DNA of 64,000 nt from Bacteroidales bacterium (GTDB lineage Bacteria; Bacteroidota; Bacteroidia; Bacteroidales; UBA932): contig JALCMW010000011.1 of assembly GCA_022648685.1 (NCBI GenBank), positions 6,401 to 70,400 on the forward strand. Reading direction: 5' to 3'. How positions within the stretch are numbered: position 1 is the stretch's first letter; the number at the start of each line of letters is the position of its first letter. The translations under genes were made by a program, and so were the position numbers. Below, piece after piece: positions 19,881 to 29,675 of the stretch. The notes under the pieces were generated by a model. It was not told where the DNA came from and ran no database searches. It saw nothing but the letters and a program-made list of their open reading frames with translations.

Positions 19881-22037
19881 TTACCATTCAATATGCACAG
19901 CCACCCCCTCCGGCTTGTTAGCGAATCTTATAAGGTAAGTCCGGCTGTCTTTGTCCCATGACTCCTTTGACAAAGATTCTTTTCCGTCTATCAAGACACT
20001 TTCAGGACAAGAAGGTAACAAAATTCTCGCGACATTTTCAGTATTGACCGGACTTTTCGATACAAAATCATAACTATTCAGCGCAACTTTTTCATCATAA
20101 ATCCTGGAAGATGAAGCAAGCACTCCGGCTTTTGCATTGACCGCTTTGTCTATATCGTAAAAATATCCCTGGCTTCCGGGGGCTATCCGTTTGGAATAAT
20201 AGATATTGAGATCGGGATCGAACAAATCGATAAGTTTCCCTTTTATGACAACGGGGGTTTCATCTTCCGATTCGTCCAAAGCTGCTGCGATAATGTATGG
20301 GCCGCGTTCCAGATAAAAATAGTTTCTGAACTTGAGTCCCGGTCCGTAAAGCCGGCTCACAGCGTCTATCAACAGTCCGTCGCCTCCGGCAGCCAGTACA
20401 TATTCTTTCGGATCATGCCTGAGAACCATCACTTTTCCCTTTCCATAATCATATAAACCTTCAGGAGCCCCTGAGGGTATTCCCATAAGAGAGAAAAGAT
20501 GGTCGGAAGGTCTCTTGAAATCATTTCCATCGGTATTCCACCATTCACGGACGGATTGGAAAGGATCGTCATCCCTTGAGCTATAAATCAGGATACCTCC
20601 TTTTTTCACCCAACTGGCAAGTTCAAGGTGACTGTCCCCATTTAAAGGCTTCATATTGGAATAAGTCATTATAAGGACTTTGATACCGGATAAGGCGGCC
20701 TTATAGCCAAGATTTTCCATATGGACTATCTTTACAGGCACACCTCGCTTCACAAAAGGCATCGCCATCCCATAGAAATCAGACAGCTGCGGATCTTCAT
20801 AGCCATCATGCTCCGGAAACCGCTGGAACATAAGGGAATTGGACATCAATACCCCGATACCTTGAGAACCCGACAATTGATTGTCCGAAACAGGCATTTT
20901 GTTCAGGGAATTTATCATCACCTGCATCATAGTGGAATAATCTTTCCTGATAAGAGTCTTTTCGTTACTGCTATCATCCGTTTTGTAGTAACCGCAATAT
21001 ACTCTTTCGGGCCATGGCATTATCTCATAATGATTTATCCGCGGAAAAAGAAGCTGCGCCGAAAATGTCGCCTGATAATTTCTTTTGTAGTCATTCCAGT
21101 CACGGGCCCTGTCCTCAACGGGATCGGTCAGGAAATAAACACGTCTCCCGGTAGGGGCTGTCATCGATTCCATGCACCCGTATTCAAGATAGGCAGTCTC
21201 GAACACCCTTTCCTTATAAACTCCGTCGTAATAATCAGGTTCCCTGGAGGTTCCGGTCCAGACTTGTGCGATGTAACCGTCCACGCAAGGAAGAGATGCA
21301 AGGCTGGCTTCAGGACTGACAATCCGCCATTGCGAATAGTTCAGAAGAGAATGTGTAGCAACGTAGCACTTCACATCCATGCCTTTGCCCGCGCCATATT
21401 GCTTGGCATAAGTCAAGACGTCTTTCAGAGCCTCATAATACAAATGATATTTCAATTTGGACGAAAGGTATGTGTTTTCCGGAGATGAATCCTGGGGCCT
21501 CCACGGGAAGCCATAATACTTTTCCCATTCTTTTTTGAAAGCCTCGCTGTAGCCCGCCCTTGCCCAGAATTCGGGTTCTTCAAGAAAAATAGTACTTACC
21601 CCTGCATCAAGTACCCTTTTAATTTGTTTTTCTTTGAAATATCCTAGATAATCTTTGCAAGGAACGATATACGGGATCATCTTCCCATGCCAGATGGTAT
21701 CTCCGTTTTCCTGCACCTGACCTTCATCCAGATGGTTCTTCCCATCCCATTTGCCTGTGAAATAATCTTCATATTCCCCCCAGGCGATCCCTGTCATGAA
21801 TTCGGTTTCATATCCTTTCTCACGCCACGAAGCAACACGGTTTTCAAACATACGGCTCCTCAAGGAATCCGAAGGATTTCCCGCAGTACCGTATACCATT
21901 ACGGCATCCGCCCTGTTATCGATTTCAGGACGCCATTCCGCAGCAGTCTGGAAGATAGTTTTAACGTTATCGGTATTTTTAGGTACCGAACATGAAAAAA
22001 GGACAAAAAGAATCAGAACCGATATATAATATTTCAT
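19881..22037 (-). CDS. Uncharacterised 718-aa lipoprotein with GH42-like architecture (TIM barrel, class-I GATase-like domain, beta-rich C-terminus)
   Basis: Lipobox LFSC; IFLEEPEFW and YSEAFKKEWEKYYG resemble the GH42 acid/base region and the AF(R)xWLxxKYG segment; LSGIKVLIMTYS...LASWVKKGGILIYS resembles the GH42 trimerisation domain. The ORF itself is solid; the function is inferred. Confidence 0.6.
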   Translation of the reverse strand: MKYYISVLILFVLFSCSVPKNTDNVKTIFQTAAEWRPEIDNRADAVMVYGTAGNPSDSLRSRMFENRVASWREKGYETEFMTGIAWGEYEDYFTGKWDGKNHLDEGQVQENGDTIWHGKMIPYIVPCKDYLGYFKEKQIKRVLDAGVSTIFLEEPEFWARAGYSEAFKKEWEKYYGFPWRPQDSSPENTYLSSKLKYHLYYEALKDVLTYAKQYGAGKGMDVKCYVATHSLLNYSQWRIVSPEASLASLPCVDGYIAQVWTGTSREPDYYDGVYKERVFETAYLEYGCMESMTAPTGRRVYFLTDPVEDRARDWNDYKRNYQATFSAQLLFPRINHYEIMPWPERVYCGYYKTDDSSNEKTLIRKDYSTMMQVMINSLNKMPVSDNQLSGSQGIGVLMSNSLMFQRFPEHDGYEDPQLSDFYGMAMPFVKRGVPVKIVHMENLGYKAALSGIKVLIMTYSNMKPLNGDSHLELASWVKKGGILIYSSRDDDPFQSVREWWNTDGNDFKRPSDHLFSLMGIPSGAPEGLYDYGKGKVMVLRHDPKEYVLAAGGDGLLIDAVSRLYGPGLKFRNYFYLERGPYIIAAALDESEDETPVVIKGKLIDLFDPDLNIYYSKRIAPGSQGYFYDIDKAVNAKAGVLASSSRIYDEKVALNSYDFVSKSPVNTENVARILLPSCPESVLIDGKESLSKESWDKDSRTYLIRFANKPEGVAVHIEW

Positions 22038-22051
22038 ATGATAAGTATATT

Positions 22052-22083
22052 AAAAAAGGAGGATGTCCGGAAATATCCTCCTT
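22052..22083 (-). terminator. Intrinsic terminator inside the mannan PUL, after the DUF3823 gene
   Basis: 9-bp perfect stem AAGGAGGAT (22056-22064) / ATCCTCCTT (22075-22083); a U-run follows on the - strand (A6 at 22052-22057). Confidence 0.75.
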
Positions 22084-22102
22084 CCGATAAAACCGGAATA
22101 AA

Positions 22103-22921
22103 TTAAGGAACATTGACCTCCATAGCTTCACTGTAATTCCATCTTCTGGTACCGCTGCCTTTCGGCGTATCATAATTTATTCTTGCCGCCGCCCTGACGA
22201 AAACTTTCCTTCCAGAAGGAATTGTTCCGTTTGAAGTAATGGACACGGATTGGCCGAGAAGAGGTTCGAAAGCGTTTCCGCCATAATCATTTTCACTGGA
22301 CCATCTAGTATCACGCGCACGATATCCCACAGAAGAAGAATAACTTACGAAAAGCTGGATGTCGGTTATGTTTGTATATGAGTCGTCATAATCACCCATC
22401 GGTTCTACTTTGCTTTTGAACTCCGCCGCGGAAACGGCTCTTGTTACTTTGACATTTGCCGTCACTTTCCCGTCACTTACCTGGGGCACACCTACGATCT
22501 CCACCTTAAGGAATGGCTGGACCTTGAAATCCACTTCTGTCACACCCTTTATATCGGTAGTGATGGATTCATCGGCGATTGGCACCCCATCCGAAGTTTC
22601 CCTTACGATAGGGATGAACGGGCCGTCTACACGAATGTTGTAATTGCCTTTGAATATTTTCGTATTCCGGTAAGTTCCGTCAGGCATGCAATAAAAATCC
22701 GGATTATGCTCGACATTGTCTCCATAGCTGAGTTCGGTTATCCTTACGCGTATACCTTCGCTGCCCTGATCGGTAAGTACGGGATCGCCTGTCGCGGCAT
22801 CCACAACTTTACCTTTCAGAGTTTCCGAAGGTGCGTCATAATTGTCAAGTTCGAATAAAGAGCAGGATGCAGCTGAAAAAGCCGTAACTGCAATTAAAAT
22901 ATAAAGTGCTGTTTTTTTCAT
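22103..22921 (-). CDS. DUF3823-family lipoprotein (SusE-position protein)
   Basis: Lipobox AASC; LDNYDAPSETLKGKVVDAATG; FYCMPDGTYRNTKIFKGNYNIRVDGPF; directly after susD. Confidence 0.8.
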   Translation of the reverse strand: MKKTALYILIAVTAFSAASCSLFELDNYDAPSETLKGKVVDAATGDPVLTDQGSEGIRVRITELSYGDNVEHNPDFYCMPDGTYRNTKIFKGNYNIRVDGPFIPIVRETSDGVPIADESITTDIKGVTEVDFKVQPFLKVEIVGVPQVSDGKVTANVKVTRAVSAAEFKSKVEPMGDYDDSYTNITDIQLFVSYSSSVGYRARDTRWSSENDYGGNAFEPLLGQSVSITSNGTIPSGRKVFVRAAARINYDTPKGSGTRRWNYSEAMEVNVP

Positions 22922-22941
22922 AATTAATAAACCTCCATCTT

Positions 22942-25029
22942 TTATCTGTTCGGCTGCTGATCGATATAGGAGCTTTTAGAAACTTCGCCTCCCGGAATAC
23001 CGAAATAATAATCAACAACATTATACGAGAAAGTCTTCATGGATACCCACTGGTAACTTTCATCGAAGAAATATTTTCCCGTTTCCGATGAATAGAAAGG
23101 ATACAAACCCTTGAAGCGGAAATTCACTCCGCTACTATATTTGGAAGCATCCCTTTGTTCACCCCAGAAGCCATTTCTGTTATTCTCGTCCAATACGCGC
23201 CACCTTCTAAGATCCCATTTTGTCTTATGTTCGAAAGCCAACTCCTTTCTGCGCTCTTTGCGGACAATATCGCGACTGTCATTATCGGCCGAAAGAGAAG
23301 ACGTCAACAAAACGGCTCCGGCTCTTTCCCTGATATCGTTTATTGCCGTAGTTGCAACCTTAAGCATATCGTCTCCTTCAACCGGGGAAGAGACGCCTGC
23401 TATCGAAAGCTCCACACCTGATTCTGCCGCTGCAAGAAGTACATCGGCATAACGCATCAGAATAAAAGGCTGCGATGATTTGCCTTCACCTATATCCTCG
23501 GCGGCAAGATCTTCATCAAGATATTTACGCAGATAAAGGCCTGTAAGGTTGCCTTCCCCGTTGTCATAGAAAGGTCCGTTCGCACCTGCAGCATTCATCT
23601 TCACTCCGTTTACCGTCACGGTTTCCTGATTGGTTCCGGAATTGGGACTAAGATATAAAGTCTTGGCCGTACCGTTGGCTCCGGTGTAAATATCCAGATT
23701 CTGGTATTTCGTACTTGCCGCTGCGTATGAATAGTCGTTAAGAAGAGGCTTGACAGGAGCGCTGCCGGTATAAATGCCGCCCCTTATTTCTATTGTCTTG
23801 CTCTTGAACACATCTCCTGGAAAGATCACATATGCCCTGAGACGGGGCTCCGCATTTGCAAACAAATCCATAGGAGAATCGTAAAGGAGGTAATTGCCGT
23901 CAGAATTGCTATTTCCGTCTGTAACACGGATCGTATACCCGTCACTGTAGCGGTCGAAGCCGTCAAACATTTCTATAAAATCAAGAGTAGGACAGGATCC
24001 CGAACAAAGAGGGGCCCTGAATATAAAAGGAGAACAATAAGCATCAAGTCCGTGAGTCAAAGTGGGATATTCGTATTGCCTTACCATAATATCTTCCGGA
24101 CTCGTAAGATCCTTCCACATCGCAACCATATTCTTGTATTGGGCTTCTGCGTCGTTTGCAGCCCAATATTTTTTATACAATGAATATTTCCCGGATTTCA
24201 TCACTTCCCTGGCTGCTTTGTATGCTTCGGAAAAATATTTGTTCGAACAAGCCTGCCATTCGTCGGAAGCGAAACCGATGACTCTAACACCTGTCTTGGC
24301 ACCCAGGCCTGTAAGTCGTCCCGGAACAGTTTCGTTGTACTTTGCCACCGAACCGGCATACAACATAGCTTCGGCTTTAAAAGCAAGGGCGGCATATTTG
24401 TTAGCCGTTCCGGAGAAAGTGGGAGTCTCGGGAAGGAGTTCCGACGCTTTATCGAAATCGGACAGAATCTGATCCCATGTATCCTTTTCGGAAGATCTGG
24501 GAACCTCCAGGCTGTCAGATTCGGACGGATAATCTATCTCCCTTGTCACTAGCGGAATCCCTCCGAAACGTCTTGCCATTTGGTAAAAGACATAGGCCCT
24601 TACGAAATAAGCCTGGCCAAGAAATTCATTATAAGCCACTTCAGCATAATTACCCCTGTAATCGGGAAGCGTTCCAAGCAAATGATTTGCATTGCGCAAA
24701 AGTTCGAAAGCCCCTGTCCAGTAAGGAGTGCTTTCACCGGTAAACGATGTACATACGCCGTCGCGATCCAATGCGTCTCCGGTGCCGGCGATTCCAAGGC
24801 TGGCCAGCCAGCCGTTATATGTTATGCCCCACTGTGCCATATATTTGAAATCTTCCCATGGCATTTTGCTGTATAGAGTCGCCATGTAGATCGACATTCC
24901 GGCCTGGTTTGACAAAAGGTCATCATCTGTCACCATATTCTTGGGAGACAGATCCATATCGGTACACGATACGGTAAGAAACAATGCGGAAACGATATAT
25001 AATAATAACTTTTTCATATTATCGGACAT
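22942..25029 (-). CDS. RagB/SusD-family lipoprotein
   Basis: Lipobox LTVSC; GQAYFVRAYVFYQMARRFGGIPL; ILMRYADVLLAAAE; RKERRKELAFEHKTKWDLRRW. The real start is probably the ATG at 25017 (MKKLLLY). Confidence 0.95.
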   Translation of the reverse strand: MSDNMKKLLLYIVSALFLTVSCTDMDLSPKNMVTDDDLLSNQAGMSIYMATLYSKMPWEDFKYMAQWGITYNGWLASLGIAGTGDALDRDGVCTSFTGESTPYWTGAFELLRNANHLLGTLPDYRGNYAEVAYNEFLGQAYFVRAYVFYQMARRFGGIPLVTREIDYPSESDSLEVPRSSEKDTWDQILSDFDKASELLPETPTFSGTANKYAALAFKAEAMLYAGSVAKYNETVPGRLTGLGAKTGVRVIGFASDEWQACSNKYFSEAYKAAREVMKSGKYSLYKKYWAANDAEAQYKNMVAMWKDLTSPEDIMVRQYEYPTLTHGLDAYCSPFIFRAPLCSGSCPTLDFIEMFDGFDRYSDGYTIRVTDGNSNSDGNYLLYDSPMDLFANAEPRLRAYVIFPGDVFKSKTIEIRGGIYTGSAPVKPLLNDYSYAAASTKYQNLDIYTGANGTAKTLYLSPNSGTNQETVTVNGVKMNAAGANGPFYDNGEGNLTGLYLRKYLDEDLAAEDIGEGKSSQPFILMRYADVLLAAAESGVELSIAGVSSPVEGDDMLKVATTAINDIRERAGAVLLTSSLSADNDSRDIVRKERRKELAFEHKTKWDLRRWRVLDENNRNGFWGEQRDASKYSSGVNFRFKGLYPFYSSETGKYFFDESYQWVSMKTFSYNVVDYYFGIPGGEVSKSSYIDQQPNR

Positions 25030-25040
25030 TTAAACAATTA

Positions 25041-28000
25041 TTAGAACGAGATATTCAAGCCGAAAGTATATGTCTTGTTAAGAGGATACATACGGCCCAG
25101 ATCGCTATCCGGATGTTCGGGATCGACGAATTTGACTTTGGTCCATGTCAGGGGATTGTATGAGTTCACATAAACCCTTGCACTGTAATTATCCGCCCAA
25201 CGTAATTTCGGAAGGGTATATCCCAATTCTATAGTCTTCAACCGGAGATAAGCGGTACTGACCCTGTTGAAAGTGGAATTGCTCAAAGGATAATGTCCTG
25301 TGTAGGCATAATATCCTTTCACCCACTCTGTCTGAGGATCATAAGGATCAGCACCAGGATCTACAGGATGCCATCTGTCAAGATATTGCACAAGAGTTCC
25401 GCCGCCGTTGGACCCCCATATGGAATAAAGAGGCTCTTCATAACACATGGAGCCCAAAGCCGAACCCTGGAACAGAACGCTCAGATCGAAATTCTTATAG
25501 GAAACATCGAAAGAAAGGGAATAATTCATCCATGGAGTCTGGTCATATGCATAAGGATGCTCATCCTGACCGTTAATTTCACCGTCTCCGTTCCAGTCTT
25601 CATATTTATAATCGCCGGGAAGCGTATTTTCATCCTTGTATATATTGTAATTCCATACATCATTCCAATCCGAATATCTTCCGGCTCCGGTATATCCGAA
25701 CTGTATGCCCTGATACCTGTCGTTCATATTGTCATGACGCCATTTATCATAAGAATTGGCATATCCGCCATTCTGGACATAAGTAAGGTATTTCTGCCTT
25801 GTAAGAGTAACCATTCCGGTTACATCGTATGAGACATCCCCTATCTTGTTCTTATGGGTTAGCTGGAGTTCAAAACCCATGTGGCTGTCGCTGTTGACAT
25901 TTTCCACAGAAGGGGCGGCACCTACTACCGTAGGAAGGTCAGTGGAATTCTGCCCGAAAAGCCCGGTCCTTTTTCTATGGAAATAATCCAATGAGAAACC
26001 GAACAATCCTTTCCATGCTTCGAAATCGATACCCAAATTAAAAGTCCTGGACGTATACCATGTGATATTCGTATTAGGTAGCGGTTGATTGGAAACACCG
26101 TAGACAAAACCATTGTTTAATATATAACCGGGAGCATACTGATTGTAATAGCCTTTCTCCGAACCTCCGGACGATGCAGGATATGTGTAACCATTCACCC
26201 ATTCATAATTAAGGCCGCTGTCATCACCCAACGTTCCGTAACTGGCGCGCAATTTCAATTGATTGATAAAATTCAACGTCGACGAATTTTTGAAGAAAGG
26301 TTCTTCAGATAGCCTCCAGCCGACGGACACCGATGGAAAGAAACCCCATTGATGACCTTGAGCGAATCTGGACGATCCATCATAACGGAATTGACCCTCA
26401 ACAAGATAACGATTATCGAAAGCATAATTCAATCTCCCTATCAACGCTTCATAACCGAGTTCGTAAAACGAACCGGAACCGGCATCCATACCTGTTACCT
26501 CATTGTCACCGGAAAGAGCTGTGAAATATGGGGAACCGAACGCCAGATCGCCGTAGGCATAATAATTGTCTCCCTGGCGTTTCTGGACTTCCCATCCCAG
26601 CATAGCTCCTACATTATGCTTTTCAAAGAAAGTTCTGTTATAATTAAGTACAAACTGGCTAAGTTTCTGCCATTTCTTATAGTTTTCCTCCCTGAGCTGA
26701 TTCGGAGAACTGTCGGCGAAAAGTTTTTGCTCATATTCTCCGCTAACGCTGTTTTTTGCATACAGATAATATTCCTTGCGGTAAATTTCATTGTCGTCCT
26801 GACGGTAATCATAACTGAACATTGCTTTGGCTGTAAGACCCGACAAGGCGGAAGATACCGTACCGAAATCATATTCAAGTGAAGAAGACAACGTAACATT
26901 TTTCTGTCTGTACAGTCTGTAACCTGAAATGTCTGATGTCATCATGGCTACGGTATTTTGCTCAAGGTCAAGTCCGTCATAATTGAGCATAGTGTTTTCG
27001 TCATCCGCATATGCCGGGAAAAGGACTCCTTGCTTCCAGTAATTTCTTATAAGATATACGGCATCGGTATAAGGGGTATGCCGTTGATCGGCAAGAGCTG
27101 AAATGTTCAGATTGAATTTAAGTCCCCTGGCTATTTCGGAAGTGATATCGGAACGGACATTATATTTATCGTAATTCAAGTCGCCGGATTTAAAGAAACC
27201 CTGCTGATACAGATATCCCATACTGACATAGTACTGCACTTTGTCGGTACCCCCGCTTATGCTTATGTTATGCTGTGTCTGCGGTGCCGTCTTGGCTATT
27301 ATCAGTTTATTCCAGTCCGTTTCCTTGCGCGTGCCATTGCGGAAAGCTTCGAAGTCCGCATCGGTATATACAAGGCTTCCGCCTTCCAGTTTATTCATGG
27401 ACTGCTCGTTATATATGGTCATTGCATCGTATGCATTCATAAGTTCAGGCATCTTGGAAGGTGTCTGCCATGTATAAGAACCGTCATAAGTCACTTTCGC
27501 CTTTCCGGCCTTGCCATGTTTTGTAGTGACAAGCACTACACCGTTGGCACCCCTGACACCGTATATTGCAGCAGATGCATCTTTTAGAACCGAAACGTTC
27601 TCTATATCTTCCGGAGCCATCCGCTGGAAATCGGCCACGGTTCTGGGAACGCCGTCTATTACCACCAAAGGAGACCCCATTCCTCTTATATCCATATTGG
27701 CACTATATGTTCCCGGTTCGGCACTGGTCTGCCATATACGCAATCCCGGGACACGACCGGTAAGCATATTCTGGGGATTCTCGGTTTTGGTCTTCATCAG
27801 TTCCGAAGAATTTATCCCGGATACAGCTCCTGTCACCGAGCCTCTTTTCTGCGTACCGTAACCTACAACTATTACACTTTCAAGATAGTTTTTATCCGAA
27901 GAAAGTACCACATTGATGGTTTTCTGTCCGTTTACGGGAATGGTTCTGGTTATCATTCCCAGACAAGAAAATTCAAGGGACGCATTCTCAGGAACGGAAA

Positions 28001-28193
28001 TGGTATATTTTCCGTCAAGATCCGTTCCCACACCTGTAGTCGTCCCTTTTATAATTACGTTAGCACCTATGACCGGTTGATCGGAATCATCGGTGACAAC
28101 ACCGGATACATTGATTGTATTCTGTGCATATGACAAAAACTGCGCAATAAGCAGACATATTCCCGTCATAATTATAAAAATACTATGTTTCAT
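25041..28193 (-). CDS. SusC/RagA TonB-dependent transporter
   Basis: SVLKDASAAIYGVRGANGVVLVTTK; FRYDGSSRF; C-terminal YPLNKTYTFGLNISF; no STN extension. Confidence 0.96.
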   Translation of the reverse strand: MKHSIFIIMTGICLLIAQFLSYAQNTINVSGVVTDDSDQPVIGANVIIKGTTTGVGTDLDGKYTISVPENASLEFSCLGMITRTIPVNGQKTINVVLSSDKNYLESVIVVGYGTQKRGSVTGAVSGINSSELMKTKTENPQNMLTGRVPGLRIWQTSAEPGTYSANMDIRGMGSPLVVIDGVPRTVADFQRMAPEDIENVSVLKDASAAIYGVRGANGVVLVTTKHGKAGKAKVTYDGSYTWQTPSKMPELMNAYDAMTIYNEQSMNKLEGGSLVYTDADFEAFRNGTRKETDWNKLIIAKTAPQTQHNISISGGTDKVQYYVSMGYLYQQGFFKSGDLNYDKYNVRSDITSEIARGLKFNLNISALADQRHTPYTDAVYLIRNYWKQGVLFPAYADDENTMLNYDGLDLEQNTVAMMTSDISGYRLYRQKNVTLSSSLEYDFGTVSSALSGLTAKAMFSYDYRQDDNEIYRKEYYLYAKNSVSGEYEQKLFADSSPNQLREENYKKWQKLSQFVLNYNRTFFEKHNVGAMLGWEVQKRQGDNYYAYGDLAFGSPYFTALSGDNEVTGMDAGSGSFYELGYEALIGRLNYAFDNRYLVEGQFRYDGSSRFAQGHQWGFFPSVSVGWRLSEEPFFKNSSTLNFINQLKLRASYGTLGDDSGLNYEWVNGYTYPASSGGSEKGYYNQYAPGYILNNGFVYGVSNQPLPNTNITWYTSRTFNLGIDFEAWKGLFGFSLDYFHRKRTGLFGQNSTDLPTVVGAAPSVENVNSDSHMGFELQLTHKNKIGDVSYDVTGMVTLTRQKYLTYVQNGGYANSYDKWRHDNMNDRYQGIQFGYTGAGRYSDWNDVWNYNIYKDENTLPGDYKYEDWNGDGEINGQDEHPYAYDQTPWMNYSLSFDVSYKNFDLSVLFQGSALGSMCYEEPLYSIWGSNGGGTLVQYLDRWHPVDPGADPYDPQTEWVKGYYAYTGHYPLSNSTFNRVSTAYLRLKTIELGYTLPKLRWADNYSARVYVNSYNPLTWTKVKFVDPEHPDSDLGRMYPLNKTYTFGLNISF

Positions 28194-28219
28194 AAATATA
28201 TCAGTTAATATTAAGGTTA

Positions 28220-29674
28220 TTAATCATTCTCAAGCATATATCCCGCAAGCGTAGCATATTCCGATGCGAAAGCGAAAGTAAACATGGCTTCTACGTTGTT
28301 GTTCGATTTCTCCATGCTCCATCCTACAAGAAGACTCGGAGGCAACATATCATCACGAAGATAATTAGTCCATGCGAAATCAAGGTTGTTCTGGAAAGAA
28401 TCTATGGGAGACGCCGCATTGTTGTAATATGGATAAACAGCTACATATCCTCTCATCAGGACGTCGTTGAACCAGTTCCTGAAACCGGTTATGTCATATG
28501 TATACAACCCCGGCTTAGTTTCCCCGAGGGTAGCGAATATACTGAAACTCGCTTCGGTGGCCGATTTCATGTCTTCATAATATGCGGCATTTCCGGTAGC
28601 GCGGTAAAGATCCGCAGCCCCTGACAGCATGGTTCCGGTATTATATGTTATGGCAGGACCCTCTCTGTTATATAATGCAGTATTCTTACGATATCGCATG
28701 CCGTCCACGGTTTCGTATTCCGGTTGTCCCCCGCCTGTCTTGTATCCGCCCATCATATCATCATATACGCCATCCGCCCTAAGTAAATGGGCCTTCTGAT
28801 AGGCATATACCTTTTCTGCTGATTGAAGGTAATATTCCGATTTAGCCAGCGTCTTTTTGCCTCTGGTATTGTCCGGATTGACTATGCCATATGTCACCTT
28901 GTCCGGACTATCCTTATATATTTCATAAAGCCAGACAAGAGGACTTACAATAGGACCGTTGCTGCAAGAATGCTTTGTAACATATCCCGGGCCCCAGGTA
29001 ATGCCTCCGTTTTCATTTCCCAGGGCATCGAGAGTACAGTCCCAGCCGTCCATCACATAAGCGGTAAGATTTTCCGCCTCTGAAAGATATTTGCTGTCTG
29101 AAGTCACTTTGTAAGCATTCAGAAGCTCCCTTATGAACCATTCCTGATCGTCATAGACATTCGCCACTCCGCTCATGTCGGCCGAGCCTGGGGACGAAGC
29201 CCTGTTCACGGCATAAGCCGACCAAGATGAGGTTCCCGTGTAAGAGGTAAGAGTGAAACTTCCCTTGTAATATTGGGCGCCGGCATACAAATCCGACAGG
29301 ATTTTGGAATAGCCATCGAATTTTTCATTGTAAAGTGACGGATCTCCCTGATCTTTCATTATTTCCAGCGTCTTCATTATAGCCGTCACAGCTTCAATCG
29401 AAGATGTGTACATCCATACGCTGCCGATCTCGGAAGATGCTGTCTTGGTAAACGGATTGTAATATCTCGACATCGCCATTCCGGATTCGGAGAAATAATT
29501 GTCAAGAGCGGCATCCGTCATAGTCATGGCCCTTTCGATATTCCGCTTCGGCAGATTCACGGAAACAGAATCTTTTTCTCCTCCGCCGTCGGATTTGTTA
29601 TCCTTGCTGCAAGAAGCACAACAACTGACAAACACTGACGACACCACCAACATTAATATTATCAATTTCTTCAT
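28220..29674 (-). CDS. GH76 endo-alpha-1,6-mannanase-like surface lipoprotein
   Basis: NVYDDQEW catalytic DD motif; GGITWG...KHSCSNGP; TYNTGTMLSG; WFNDVLMRG. I moved the start to the ATG at 29674 (MKKLIILML, lipobox), 1 nt after the upstream stop; the ORF track gave 29719. Confidence 0.9.
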   Translation of the reverse strand: MKKLIILMLVVSSVFVSCCASCSKDNKSDGGGEKDSVSVNLPKRNIERAMTMTDAALDNYFSESGMAMSRYYNPFTKTASSEIGSVWMYTSSIEAVTAIMKTLEIMKDQGDPSLYNEKFDGYSKILSDLYAGAQYYKGSFTLTSYTGTSSWSAYAVNRASSPGSADMSGVANVYDDQEWFIRELLNAYKVTSDSKYLSEAENLTAYVMDGWDCTLDALGNENGGITWGPGYVTKHSCSNGPIVSPLVWLYEIYKDSPDKVTYGIVNPDNTRGKKTLAKSEYYLQSAEKVYAYQKAHLLRADGVYDDMMGGYKTGGGQPEYETVDGMRYRKNTALYNREGPAITYNTGTMLSGAADLYRATGNAAYYEDMKSATEASFSIFATLGETKPGLYTYDITGFRNWFNDVLMRGYVAVYPYYNNAASPIDSFQNNLDFAWTNYLRDDMLPPSLLVGWSMEKSNNNVEAMFTFAFASEYATLAGYMLEND

Positions 29675-29675
29675 T

